Source: Candidatus Latescibacterota bacterium (lineage in GTDB: Bacteria > Latescibacterota > UBA2968 > GCA-2709665). From it: a stretch of DNA of 64,000 bases. The position numbers and the translations under genes were made by a program. The stretch spans positions 1,632,001-1,696,000 of the forward strand of contig OZ250150.1 of assembly GCA_965237675.1 (NCBI GenBank), in the 5' to 3' direction. This document shows positions 20,204 through 28,139 of this stretch, piece after piece; position 1 is the first letter of the stretch, and the number at the start of each line of letters is the position of its first letter. The notes beneath the pieces were generated by a model that had not been told where the DNA came from, did not search any database, and worked only from the letters and a program-made list of their open reading frames with translations.

Positions 20204-20322
20204 CTCTAACGTTTCACGGTTTGCGAACCCCGAGCGGAGCCGCTGAGCCTGTACCCTGAGCTTGCCGAAGGCCAATCCGCCCAAAAGGCGACACAGCGCG
20301 AACCGCTGCAGATGTGGTGAGC
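20204..20322 (-). other. Degenerate attC-like site interrupted by a nested micro-element
   Basis: Minus strand CAGCGGTTCGCG...CGCAAACCGTGAAAC-GTTAGAG just before the next start codon; contains CTTCGGCAAGCTCAGGGTACAGGCTCAGC. Confidence 0.4.
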
Positions 20323-20341
20323 GGTCGACTCCTGCCCGAAG

Positions 20342-20941
20342 TCAATTCTCAAACAAGATGGCACCAACGGCTTCGAGTCCATATCGGTTGCCATCGTAGT
20401 CAATGGTCGTCACGGAGCATTCACGCATTGCTTCAGCACTGTATGGATCATTGCAGAATTCCGGACTGATGCGACTCAGCTCTTCAGAGGAAAAGACGTT
20501 GAGAAGGAAGTCCGCCAGGACACCGCCATGGGTCACCCCAATCACTGTATCTCCGGATGACTGAAAGTAGCAATCAGAAACAAAAGCCTCGATGCGTCTG
20601 CCAGCCCCAATGCTTGAATCGCCAACACCGGGCTGGTAATCCCTTTCTCTCGAACAACGCTCCCACTGAGCCATGAATTCATCGAAAGACTGGCTTTCGA
20701 TGTCTCCCCAGTTCATTCGTTCACGCAGCCGTGAATCTTGAGTCACTTCAAGATCCAAAATGGCGGCGATGATCTCTGCTGTTTCTCTTGTTCGTGCCAG
20801 TGGACTGCTGAAGATTCGTGTGATGCCGTCTGATGCCAACTTCCTGGCGAGTCGTTTAGCCTCTTCCCGACCCTCGGATGTCAATGACGGATCGCCGATC
20901 CTGCGGTCTCTCTTACCGTGGCGAATAAAGTAAAAACACAT
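20342..20941 (-). CDS. Histidine phosphatase (PGAM-like)
   Basis: YFIRHG, SSPLARTRETA, LRER, VTHGG. Confidence 0.9.
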   Translation of the reverse strand: MCFYFIRHGKRDRRIGDPSLTSEGREEAKRLARKLASDGITRIFSSPLARTRETAEIIAAILDLEVTQDSRLRERMNWGDIESQSFDEFMAQWERCSRERDYQPGVGDSSIGAGRRIEAFVSDCYFQSSGDTVIGVTHGGVLADFLLNVFSSEELSRISPEFCNDPYSAEAMRECSVTTIDYDGNRYGLEAVGAILFEN

Positions 20942-21111
20942 TAAGTCTACCTGTGATCCTATTTTTCTCGTGCACAATTTGCCGGAATGGGGTTGCCTAA
21001 GGCCAGTGCGCCCGTCGGCACGCTCAGGACAAACTCCGCGACAGCAAAGGCAACCGTGTTGTTAAAGGATGTGGGACATCCATACGCAAGTTGGCTGCGA
21101 AGACCCTTCTG

Positions 21112-21696
21112 TCACGACTCGATAGGAGGAAGATCAATCGGGGTCAGCACGCCGAAAAAGCCATACTTGATTCCGGAAGGATCTCCCTTGCCGGGTGGAA
21201 AGTACTCCTCTATCAGGTCCAGGAGCCGACGGTTGAATTCGGCCGCCTGCCCTTCCGAGAGTCGAGCGCGGTTATGGTTGACAGAGCTCTGAAAATCAGG
21301 GCCGAATATGCCGTCCGCACTTTCGCGAAAGGCCTGGTTAAACTGGCTGACAATCTCCGAATCTACCGGCTCGGAGGTTTTGGTCGTCTCATCCAGCGGG
21401 TCCCGGATTCGAATCTTGCCCGCCGCCGGGAGGCAACGCCAGGCCCTTGGGTCGCTACCCGTTTCTTGAAGATGTACGATATCCGATTCCGCGAGTCGCC
21501 CCAGGTGGCGGAGAATCCGTGTATCGGTAACTCCCAACATCGACGAAATCTCCGCCACGGACTTTCCCTCCCCAAGAGTCTCCAGGATGCGCCGCCGGAG
21601 AGGATCCGCGAGCAAATGGACTCGTTCGTCATCGATAACAAGCACGGATCCCTTTCCCGCGTCACCCGGGAATGTCAATTCGATCCAGCCGGCCAT
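21112..21696 (-). CDS. ArsR-type winged-helix transcriptional regulator
   Basis: LADPLRRRILETL..GKSVAEIS...RHLGRL. Confidence 0.75.
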   Translation of the reverse strand: MAGWIELTFPGDAGKGSVLVIDDERVHLLADPLRRRILETLGEGKSVAEISSMLGVTDTRILRHLGRLAESDIVHLQETGSDPRAWRCLPAAGKIRIRDPLDETTKTSEPVDSEIVSQFNQAFRESADGIFGPDFQSSVNHNRARLSEGQAAEFNRRLLDLIEEYFPPGKGDPSGIKYGFFGVLTPIDLPPIES

Positions 21697-21789
21697 TCAG
21701 ATCCTCCATTTGACTGTCTTTGACCTTGTAGAATTGGGCAATCTGAGCATTAATTCCACGACCGCGACGCGACCGGGAGGGTTATACGC

Positions 21790-21827
21790 TGACAGCCCCC
21801 TTCGCGTTAAACGATAGAGGGCTGTCA
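21790..21827. terminator. Stem-loop downstream of the PIN pair
   Basis: TGACAGCCC...GGGCTGTCA inverted repeat. Confidence 0.5.
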
Positions 21828-21862
21828 CATCCCGGGCGTACCATCGTCAATTACGTATGCAA

Positions 21863-22048
21863 CTAAACCGATGTCTTCTGACTTGAGCCTTCAAAAAAGC
21901 GAAGGCGTTCTTCCAACGAGGAATCTTTAGTCTGAAGATAATGCACCTGCCGAATGAAGTGTATTTCCTGCATCATTTCATCATTTGGAAATTCCTTCCG
22001 TACATCCTCCCGGATCTTCTCCTTCTCTACCTGGGTCAATTCCCTCAT
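21863..22048 (-). CDS. Small helical protein, putative antitoxin partner of the PIN protein
   Basis: MRELTQVEKEKIREDVRKEFPNDEMMQEIH... lies 10 bp downstream of the PIN gene. Confidence 0.6.
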   Translation of the reverse strand: MRELTQVEKEKIREDVRKEFPNDEMMQEIHFIRQVHYLQTKDSSLEERLRFFEGSSQKTSV

Positions 22049-22058
22049 GGACCTTCTC

Positions 22059-22514
22059 CTATAACTCCGGCGGAGCGAATATCTCCAGCGGACCATACCC
22101 CTTCAATACATTGATCACATTTACTTCCCGTCGCGTGTTCACCTTTACAAGATGTGTGAAATTCCAACTGCAAAAATACCCAATTCCATTGGTCACTGCA
22201 ATAGCAACGTGGTTGGCGTCATCTATGTATTTTTCGGGAAATACTCCCCTTCGGACATATTCCTGAGCGAGAGCGTCGGCTTCTTCGTCGAACGCCAGGA
22301 CTCCAAATCCCTCCACCAGATCTTCCAATTGCCGTCTTCTGTCGGCATCTGGAGTGCCGCGAATTTCTGACAAGACAACGCTTGAAATAACAGCTTCAAA
22401 TTTAAACAAAAGAAACTCCCAGAATTGAAGGGTCTGTCCCTGCCGTTCAGGCGTTCTTGAATCGTAATATGCGCTTGGAACAGTTGAGTCTAAATAGACC
22501 TTCAGTTTTGCCAT
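22059..22514 (-). CDS. PIN-domain (VapC-like) ribonuclease
   Basis: KVYLDSTV, EI, DDANHVAIA, SWNFTHLV. Confidence 0.88.
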   Translation of the reverse strand: MAKLKVYLDSTVPSAYYDSRTPERQGQTLQFWEFLLFKFEAVISSVVLSEIRGTPDADRRRQLEDLVEGFGVLAFDEEADALAQEYVRRGVFPEKYIDDANHVAIAVTNGIGYFCSWNFTHLVKVNTRREVNVINVLKGYGPLEIFAPPEL

Positions 22515-22701
22515 ACTTTTTTTCTATCAATCTGGAAGCGAAAAATACGGGTTCAGATGGAGGCCGGAGTAGCTGTCGTTGCCGTTGTCGCTTCGGAAGA
22601 GCCAGGATTCTAAACGTCAAGGAAACCGCATACTCGGTGCGAGATCAGCCGCGACCGACCCCCAACAATGGAGGCAGGTCAGCCCCGCGGGCGGCCAACA
22701 C

Positions 22702-23142
22702 CTACGCCGCGTCCCCGCTGGCGCCGCGCAATGCACCCTTCTTCGCTATCCTGGCAATCGACGCGGTTCCAACGGCCGAGGCCGAACTCAGAATTGTCAC
22801 GGCACCGATGGTAATGATGCCCCACAGCCAAAGCGGAAGGGCGGGATTCACCGTTCCGACCACAAACGGAAGCACGCCTACCAGCAGACCACTCGCCGCC
22901 CCCCACGCGCCGACTCGCGACAGCGCCAACTCGTCGATTCTGCGACGGGCCTCCGCAATCCCCACGACTGCGGAAAAGACCGCGCCGCACAGGAAGCCCG
23001 GATACGCCCCTACCGCCACCCACATTTCATCCATGGAACCGCCGGGATCCACGATCATTCCTGTCAGTACTCCAACCGGCGCCCACACCACGGCCCAGAC
23101 CAGGGCCACCATGACCACACCGAAGATACGTCTGAAGCACAT
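22702..23142 (-). CDS. Four-helix membrane protein of unknown function
   Basis: Four hydrophobic segments; DPGGSMDEMW, RRRIDEL. Confidence 0.7.
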   Translation of the reverse strand: MCFRRIFGVVMVALVWAVVWAPVGVLTGMIVDPGGSMDEMWVAVGAYPGFLCGAVFSAVVGIAEARRRIDELALSRVGAWGAASGLLVGVLPFVVGTVNPALPLWLWGIITIGAVTILSSASAVGTASIARIAKKGALRGASGDAA

Positions 23143-23153
23143 GTTAATTACTC

Positions 23154-23345
23154 CTATCGACCTATGTCAGCTATTCCAAGCTGTCTGCAGATCTTGAAGG
23201 CTAGAAAGTTTGGAGTCTCGATATGTCGCGGTACTGCCTCAACTGCCCCCGTGAGAGGATTTCTCCAAAGAGAGTGAGAACGTCCCTCGCGTTTGAGATG
23301 GCAACCGTGACGACGCAAGTGCTTTAGCAATGCCTGGCGTTTCAT
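23154..23345 (-). CDS. hicA: HicA toxin (mRNA interferase)
   Basis: MKRQALLKHLRRHGC.LKREGRSHSLW...AVPRH.E...KICRQL. Confidence 0.9.
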   Translation of the reverse strand: MKRQALLKHLRRHGCHLKREGRSHSLWRNPLTGAVEAVPRHIETPNFLAFKICRQLGIADIGR

Positions 23346-23557
23346 TCGATCACGACAATTTCACGTTCGGCCTCGTCGGGTACAGCGCGAAGTCCGTCCT
23401 CGCGCCGGTCCTCCAGGATAAGCGATATCGCATCCCGCAAGCTCGCAAGTGCTTCGTCCCTGGTCTTACCCTGTCCATTGGCACCCGGGATCTCGGGGCA
23501 ATATGCAATGATCCATTCGTGGTCGCGTTCGATTACCGCCGTGAATTCATTTCTCAT
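23342..23557 (-). CDS. hicB: Short HicB antitoxin (no DNA-binding domain); hicBA order
   Basis: FTAVIE...AYCPEIPGANGQGKT.DEA..L.DAI; ATGA overlap with hicA. Confidence 0.9.
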   Translation of the reverse strand: MRNEFTAVIERDHEWIIAYCPEIPGANGQGKTRDEALASLRDAISLILEDRREDGLRAVPDEAEREIVVIE

Positions 23558-23626
23558 GTTCAAACCTCCTGGAATCCTGGCCCAAGGCTGATTCTATAAA
23601 ACGACGAATTTTTCGGATTGCGTACG

Positions 23627-23809
23627 TCATTCTTGAGCCTGCGATTGGATGTGGTCGTCGTCTGAACGTCCGCGAAATTCGCCCGTCACGCGCGCTCGCA
23701 TATGGTTGACCTTCAACGACAACTCGGTAAGCTGTCGCTCCTCCTCATACAGTCGCCTGAATCGCTCATCCTTGAGCTTTTCGTTCAGATGACGTCTAAA
23801 GTTCCTCAT
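23627..23809 (-). pseudogene. Truncated XRE antitoxin
   Basis: MRNFRRHLNEKLKDERFRRLYEEER... is the typical N-terminus of HigA-like proteins, but the HTH is missing. Strong AAGGAGG RBS. Confidence 0.55.
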
Positions 23810-23883
23810 CCAGTTCCTCCTTTAGACTGCTCTCGTCAAATCGATACAGGAAATCCTCACGATAGTCCCTGGCGAGGTGAATT

Positions 23884-24105
23884 TCAGTGACCGGCACGCG
23901 ATTCGAACGGCTCAGTCTTGCCTGCCCGGTATTCAGCAAGAGCCTCATTTGCAGGGCTCGCTAACTGCTCTGCCGTCGAGTCAAATGCGCGTTCCCATTG
24001 GCGCTCTGACTTCAACTCCGCCACCAGGACCACCGCAATCGCATCCTGTTCATCATTCGAAAGCTTCTTGATTTCCGAAATCGCTTTATCGAGAAGTTGA
24101 GTCAT
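23884..24105 (-). CDS. Antitoxin-like protein of the type usually preceding a ParE/RelE-like toxin (orphan)
   Basis: MTQLLDKAISEIKKL...EQDAIA...W.RAF...EALAEYRAGKT. Confidence 0.7.
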   Translation of the reverse strand: MTQLLDKAISEIKKLSNDEQDAIAVVLVAELKSERQWERAFDSTAEQLASPANEALAEYRAGKTEPFESRAGH

Positions 24106-24148
24106 TTAAGCCTCCAAATGCTGAATTACAACAGGCTATTCGCCCTCA

Positions 24149-24330
24149 CACCTAACAGATCAAAATACGGCAGTTTCACATGAGAGTATTCGTGAGATTC
24201 TGTAAAGTTTGAGGTCTATCGGTTCGCGAACCCGTGTAGTGGGTTTCAGCAAGCAAGTGGCAGGAAAAAGACCCAGGAGCCTGCCTGGCCAAAGCGTGAA
24301 TTCGCGTAGCCTGCAGGGCGATGTTATGTG
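24149..24330 (-). other. attC-like site
   Basis: Minus strand CACATAAC (7 bp after the stop codon) ... GTTAGGTG; ends complementary at 7/8 positions. Confidence 0.45.
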
Positions 24331-24337
24331 AAGAAGA

Positions 24338-24871
24338 TCAGGTTGATCTGCGCTTTAATGCTAACTCTTCCTGCGAGGGAGTTCTATTAAATATTAACTG
24401 CATCCAAATTCTCGCCGGCAAGTAGTCTTCCAACTGATCAGGCTGCAAAAGACCAAAAGCTTCATTTCTTGTAGGCTCCAAAACAAAAGATCGTAGAAGA
24501 GATTCTACTCCATTAGGATCATCGGATTTGCTTTCTGCTCCCACATCGCACCGTAGCCATTTATGTAGCCAATACATCAGACCATCCCAATTACTACAGT
24601 CAAAAGTTCGAGTTTTCTGATCAGCAGGTTGACATCTAAAATCATCCCGAATATTGGACGCACTTTCAATGCGTATCAAACGTCGTTGTTCGTCAACTGC
24701 GATGACAAACGACCTCTCCAATACCAGGTTGAGTCTTGATGCCTCGCATATCTGATGTCTTTCTACTACTACATGAAAATGCGACTGTAACTCGGTGCAA
24801 TCGGACTTGGCACGACTCTGAATCTGGTCGAAGGTGTAAAAACTGGTTTTTAATTGGATAGAAGGGGACAT
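24338..24871 (-). CDS. Hypothetical protein, third gene of the AT-rich ATPase/TOPRIM operon
   Basis: 177-aa ORF 28 bp downstream of the TOPRIM gene, same composition, no recognisable motif. Confidence 0.6.
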   Translation of the reverse strand: MSPSIQLKTSFYTFDQIQSRAKSDCTELQSHFHVVVERHQICEASRLNLVLERSFVIAVDEQRRLIRIESASNIRDDFRCQPADQKTRTFDCSNWDGLMYWLHKWLRCDVGAESKSDDPNGVESLLRSFVLEPTRNEAFGLLQPDQLEDYLPARIWMQLIFNRTPSQEELALKRRST

Positions 24872-24899
24872 TTTGGAAATCGCAATACAATCGTCACAT

Positions 24900-25787
24900 T
24901 CAGATGTCTTTACCTGCTTGCCTCACTCGGTCACTAAGACGAGTGAACAGTTCGTACTCCTGCAGCTCTTCGACGGTCAGCGTGAGCACTAACGAGTGTC
25001 GAAGGGTCTCATAGCTCATCTGCTTTTTGGTAACGCCACGCTGACCAAGAAACCAAGCCAGATGCTTAATTGCATCTCGTCCGTTCGACGAATGTCGTAC
25101 ATCCTGGGGCATCTCAGACAAAAAGACTGACACTCGCTCCTTCAAATCCACATATCTATCACTAACCTGCCCTTTGTTGGCCACACGCCAAACGTATTCG
25201 TCCAAGTCTAGAACAGCGGAATCACCGTCAAGATGTACACAGCGCACATTGTCTAGGAGTGAGACCTCAAGAGATAACTGTTCCAAGCTCGCCCTTAGTC
25301 CGAACAGAGATCGCAGAACTTGAGAAAGTGCCTCGATGACCTGGCGACCTGAAAGGTCATCGCAACCCCAGGTTAAAGTGAGGCACTTTGCAATCGCTGA
25401 CTCGTTAAAGAAGTACATGTCCATACAGGTAAAATCGGTGTAAAGTAGACATGAAATCTCCAATGGAGCTCTACCAAATACACGATCGAGATCTCGATCC
25501 ACGATACATGTTACTGAGCACAGTTTGTCTTCGAGCGATGTAGCCAAGATCTGAGCGAGACGTACCACACGTCCTCTATTACCACCGGAAATTTCTCGTG
25601 CCTCTTCGCCCAGATCTACGGCATCGATCGGATAGACATTGACGCCCTTTAAACCAGTCTCTTGCACGAAATACATCACGATGCCCTGATCCGTTGTGCC
25701 CTCTACAAATACGTTATGGATGGACGGCTCATGTTCGTGCAGAAAAATGAGTTCTTGGACTTGTCTTCTTGGGATCATATTCGCCAT
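24900..25787 (-). CDS. TOPRIM/DUF4435-like nuclease (AriB-like)
   Basis: VFVEGTTD, CIVDRDLD, YTDFTCMDMY; abuts the ATPase stop codon. Confidence 0.75.
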   Translation of the reverse strand: MANMIPRRQVQELIFLHEHEPSIHNVFVEGTTDQGIVMYFVQETGLKGVNVYPIDAVDLGEEAREISGGNRGRVVRLAQILATSLEDKLCSVTCIVDRDLDRVFGRAPLEISCLLYTDFTCMDMYFFNESAIAKCLTLTWGCDDLSGRQVIEALSQVLRSLFGLRASLEQLSLEVSLLDNVRCVHLDGDSAVLDLDEYVWRVANKGQVSDRYVDLKERVSVFLSEMPQDVRHSSNGRDAIKHLAWFLGQRGVTKKQMSYETLRHSLVLTLTVEELQEYELFTRLSDRVRQAGKDI

Positions 25788-27101
25788 CTAGTCGTCGATG
25801 TCCCTAAGTGGAACTACATACTCTCTGTATTGGGATAGAATCTCTATTGAATGAGTCGCCAGTATTAGTTGTGCTTTAACTCCCTTGAGGCACTCCATCA
25901 TGGCACCGACAAGAAGCCGTTGCCACTTGACGTTCAGCGAGAGTTCTGGCTCGTCAACAATGAACACAGTGTTATCTCGACGGGCTTGTATTGCGTTACA
26001 GAACAGCAGGAGTAACTGTTTCTCACCTGACGATAACACGCTCGGGTCGAGGTCTAGCCCGGCAGACGACTTAATCGTGAGCCCTCTGCCAACGTGAATT
26101 GAGACAGACTTTTGAGAGTAGAACTCTCCAAGTAGTGTGACAAAGGTGTCCATGACTTTCTGTAGGTCTTGTAACGCATTAAGGCGCGCCTGATGTCCAT
26201 CGAGATAAGGGGTAAGAACCGAACTCAGGAGAGCAGACTGATTGTCCGCCGCTTCGTCAAGCAGGTCAGAGATTGCGCCTGCATCAAGTTCTGGAACTAG
26301 ACCAAATCTCGCGAATGTCTCATTCCGAGTCCCCAATCCAATAAGGCGTTCATTTAGATCCTGAAGAGACTCGCTGGCGTCCGTCTGTGCGTTTCCCCCA
26401 AACTTTACTAACTGACGAACGATGTCACGGTAGATCGTGTACACAGATGAATATCCAATGTTCGACTGCGATAGTGCTTGTTGCCCAAACGTTTGAATTG
26501 TGTTTCCAATGGTCTGTTCTAATAGAGCCTCGGGGGAGCTGGGGTCGTCCTCATCGCTGTCATTCAACCGTACTCTCCTTCCTGACGAATCTCTAATAAT
26601 CCTGTGTCTTCGTCCCTGTGTGGTTTCGTCATCAACGCGACGATTGTCTGGGAGAAAGTGGAGGCCGATCTTTAGCCCAGCTAGGGCTTCGCAAGCTTGG
26701 CGGTATGCTGGCTCATCGTCTTCGCCCGGTTTGTTTTCTTTCCACTCCCATTTGGTAATCGGTGTTCCGTCTGGATCGCTGATGGTGAGCTCATAGGGAC
26801 CAGGAGCGCTGTCACCTGTACGCTCGACCACGACACGGGTGCCGTCGGTAGCCCAAACTCGGAATCCTTGGAACGGAACCTCGGCAATGTTTGTCTTGTG
26901 TCCTTCAAAGATCCGAGGAGAAAGGAGATGGTACAACAACCTCAGGATTGTCGATTTCCCAGTGCCGTTGTCCCCATACAAAAGCAGTAGCTGGCCGGAC
27001 TCTGGGTCTGATGTCTTCGGTACCATAATATTGTAAGACAAGCTACCAAAGAGACGGGTGATTTCGATTCTCTGAATTAACCTTTGCGTTTTGGATTCCA
27101 T
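25788..27101 (-). CDS. ABC/AAA_15-21 family ATPase (AriA-like)
   Basis: Walker A GDNGTGKST, signature LSSGEKQ, Walker B IVDEPELSLNVKWQ, H-loop ATHS, long helical insert. Confidence 0.88.
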   Translation of the reverse strand: MESKTQRLIQRIEITRLFGSLSYNIMVPKTSDPESGQLLLLYGDNGTGKSTILRLLYHLLSPRIFEGHKTNIAEVPFQGFRVWATDGTRVVVERTGDSAPGPYELTISDPDGTPITKWEWKENKPGEDDEPAYRQACEALAGLKIGLHFLPDNRRVDDETTQGRRHRIIRDSSGRRVRLNDSDEDDPSSPEALLEQTIGNTIQTFGQQALSQSNIGYSSVYTIYRDIVRQLVKFGGNAQTDASESLQDLNERLIGLGTRNETFARFGLVPELDAGAISDLLDEAADNQSALLSSVLTPYLDGHQARLNALQDLQKVMDTFVTLLGEFYSQKSVSIHVGRGLTIKSSAGLDLDPSVLSSGEKQLLLLFCNAIQARRDNTVFIVDEPELSLNVKWQRLLVGAMMECLKGVKAQLILATHSIEILSQYREYVVPLRDIDD

Positions 27102-27220
27102 ACCAATAGCCCTTCACTGAATTACGACGCTGCCCAAAATACCGGTCTATAGCCAAGAACCAAAAGAGGGAAATACGGTTATTTCTGCGAGTTATGCTTC
27201 CATTTCATGCATTTGGAATA

Positions 27221-27351
27221 CTACGTAACAAATGCCGGGATGTGGGTCGATGCTGAACATCTCCGAACTTCCGAGATAATTCTAGCCGGGAGGCTTGTAC
27301 TCCGAATATATCGAAGGATGCCATCCAACGGTCGCATCGTTTGTTATGTAG
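27221..27351 (-). other. attC-like site
   Basis: Minus strand CTACATAACAAA ... TTTGTTACGTAG (11/12 complementary), 131 bp. Confidence 0.55.
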
Positions 27352-27475
27352 ACCGTTCTCCTGTATACCAGTCAATTCATCCGGCGGGCTCCGCATATTT
27401 GTATTAACCCGATACGTGACCTCGCAGGCGGTGACCGGGGTGTTACAGGAACGGGTTTAAAGTTAACCCTGTATT

Positions 27476-27703
27476 TCAATCGCTGCTCTTCCAAGCGTCC
27501 ACCGACCCTTCTTCCGCGTTCATAAATGACCGAAGCGCATCATTTACGGCTTCCTCGGTTGGAAATGCCTTCGCGACGTCAGGTTGTAGCAAAACCAGGT
27601 TGGTCCCTGATCGGAAAGATTCCAGATACTTTCCACGGACGCCGGGACCGAGATCTTCACGGCGATATTCGGGACGAAGCTCTTCCGGATCAGCCTTCTT
27701 CAT
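27476..27703 (-). CDS. BrnA-like antitoxin (orphan)
   Basis: ELRPEY....GVRGKY....GTNLVLLQPDVAKAFPTEEAVNDALR. Confidence 0.8.
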   Translation of the reverse strand: MKKADPEELRPEYRREDLGPGVRGKYLESFRSGTNLVLLQPDVAKAFPTEEAVNDALRSFMNAEEGSVDAWKSSD

Positions 27704-27877
27704 AGATTCTCCTCCTCGACCGATATAATGCATTAAACTCGGAGGGAATGTTGTCTCACTAATATAGGCACAGAGGGGTGGACTCCGATTAATTGAGTTA
27801 TCCTGCTACGTTACTGCGAAGCGGTAACCTTGGTGTAGTGGGCCGTGGAACGCATTGGATCTGGCCCAACTGAACAG

Positions 27878-28111
27878 TCAGGGGATCGCAGGCGAAACAT
27901 CTCTGACATGTAGAATCTCACCCGCCATTGGAGGACGCACGGCGGAATCTTCCAGGGTCAGAACCGCGATAGTGGTACCGCGGGTATCCACGAACTCTAC
28001 TTCCGACGCTCCCTCATCGTCGTATCTATGCACGATCGTACCGACGTCGCCCACCACTAGACCGTGTTCTACTATTGACTCCTTGAGAACTACCAGATCC
28101 AATTCAGTCAT
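27878..28111 (-). CDS. DUF4926 protein
   Basis: ELDLVVL....EHGLVVGDVGTIVHRY....EVEF...G.TIAVLTL. Confidence 0.85.
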   Translation of the reverse strand: MTELDLVVLKESIVEHGLVVGDVGTIVHRYDDEGASEVEFVDTRGTTIAVLTLEDSAVRPPMAGEILHVRDVSPAIP

Positions 28112-28139
28112 CTTGAATAAATCTTCCTTGGTCTGTCTT

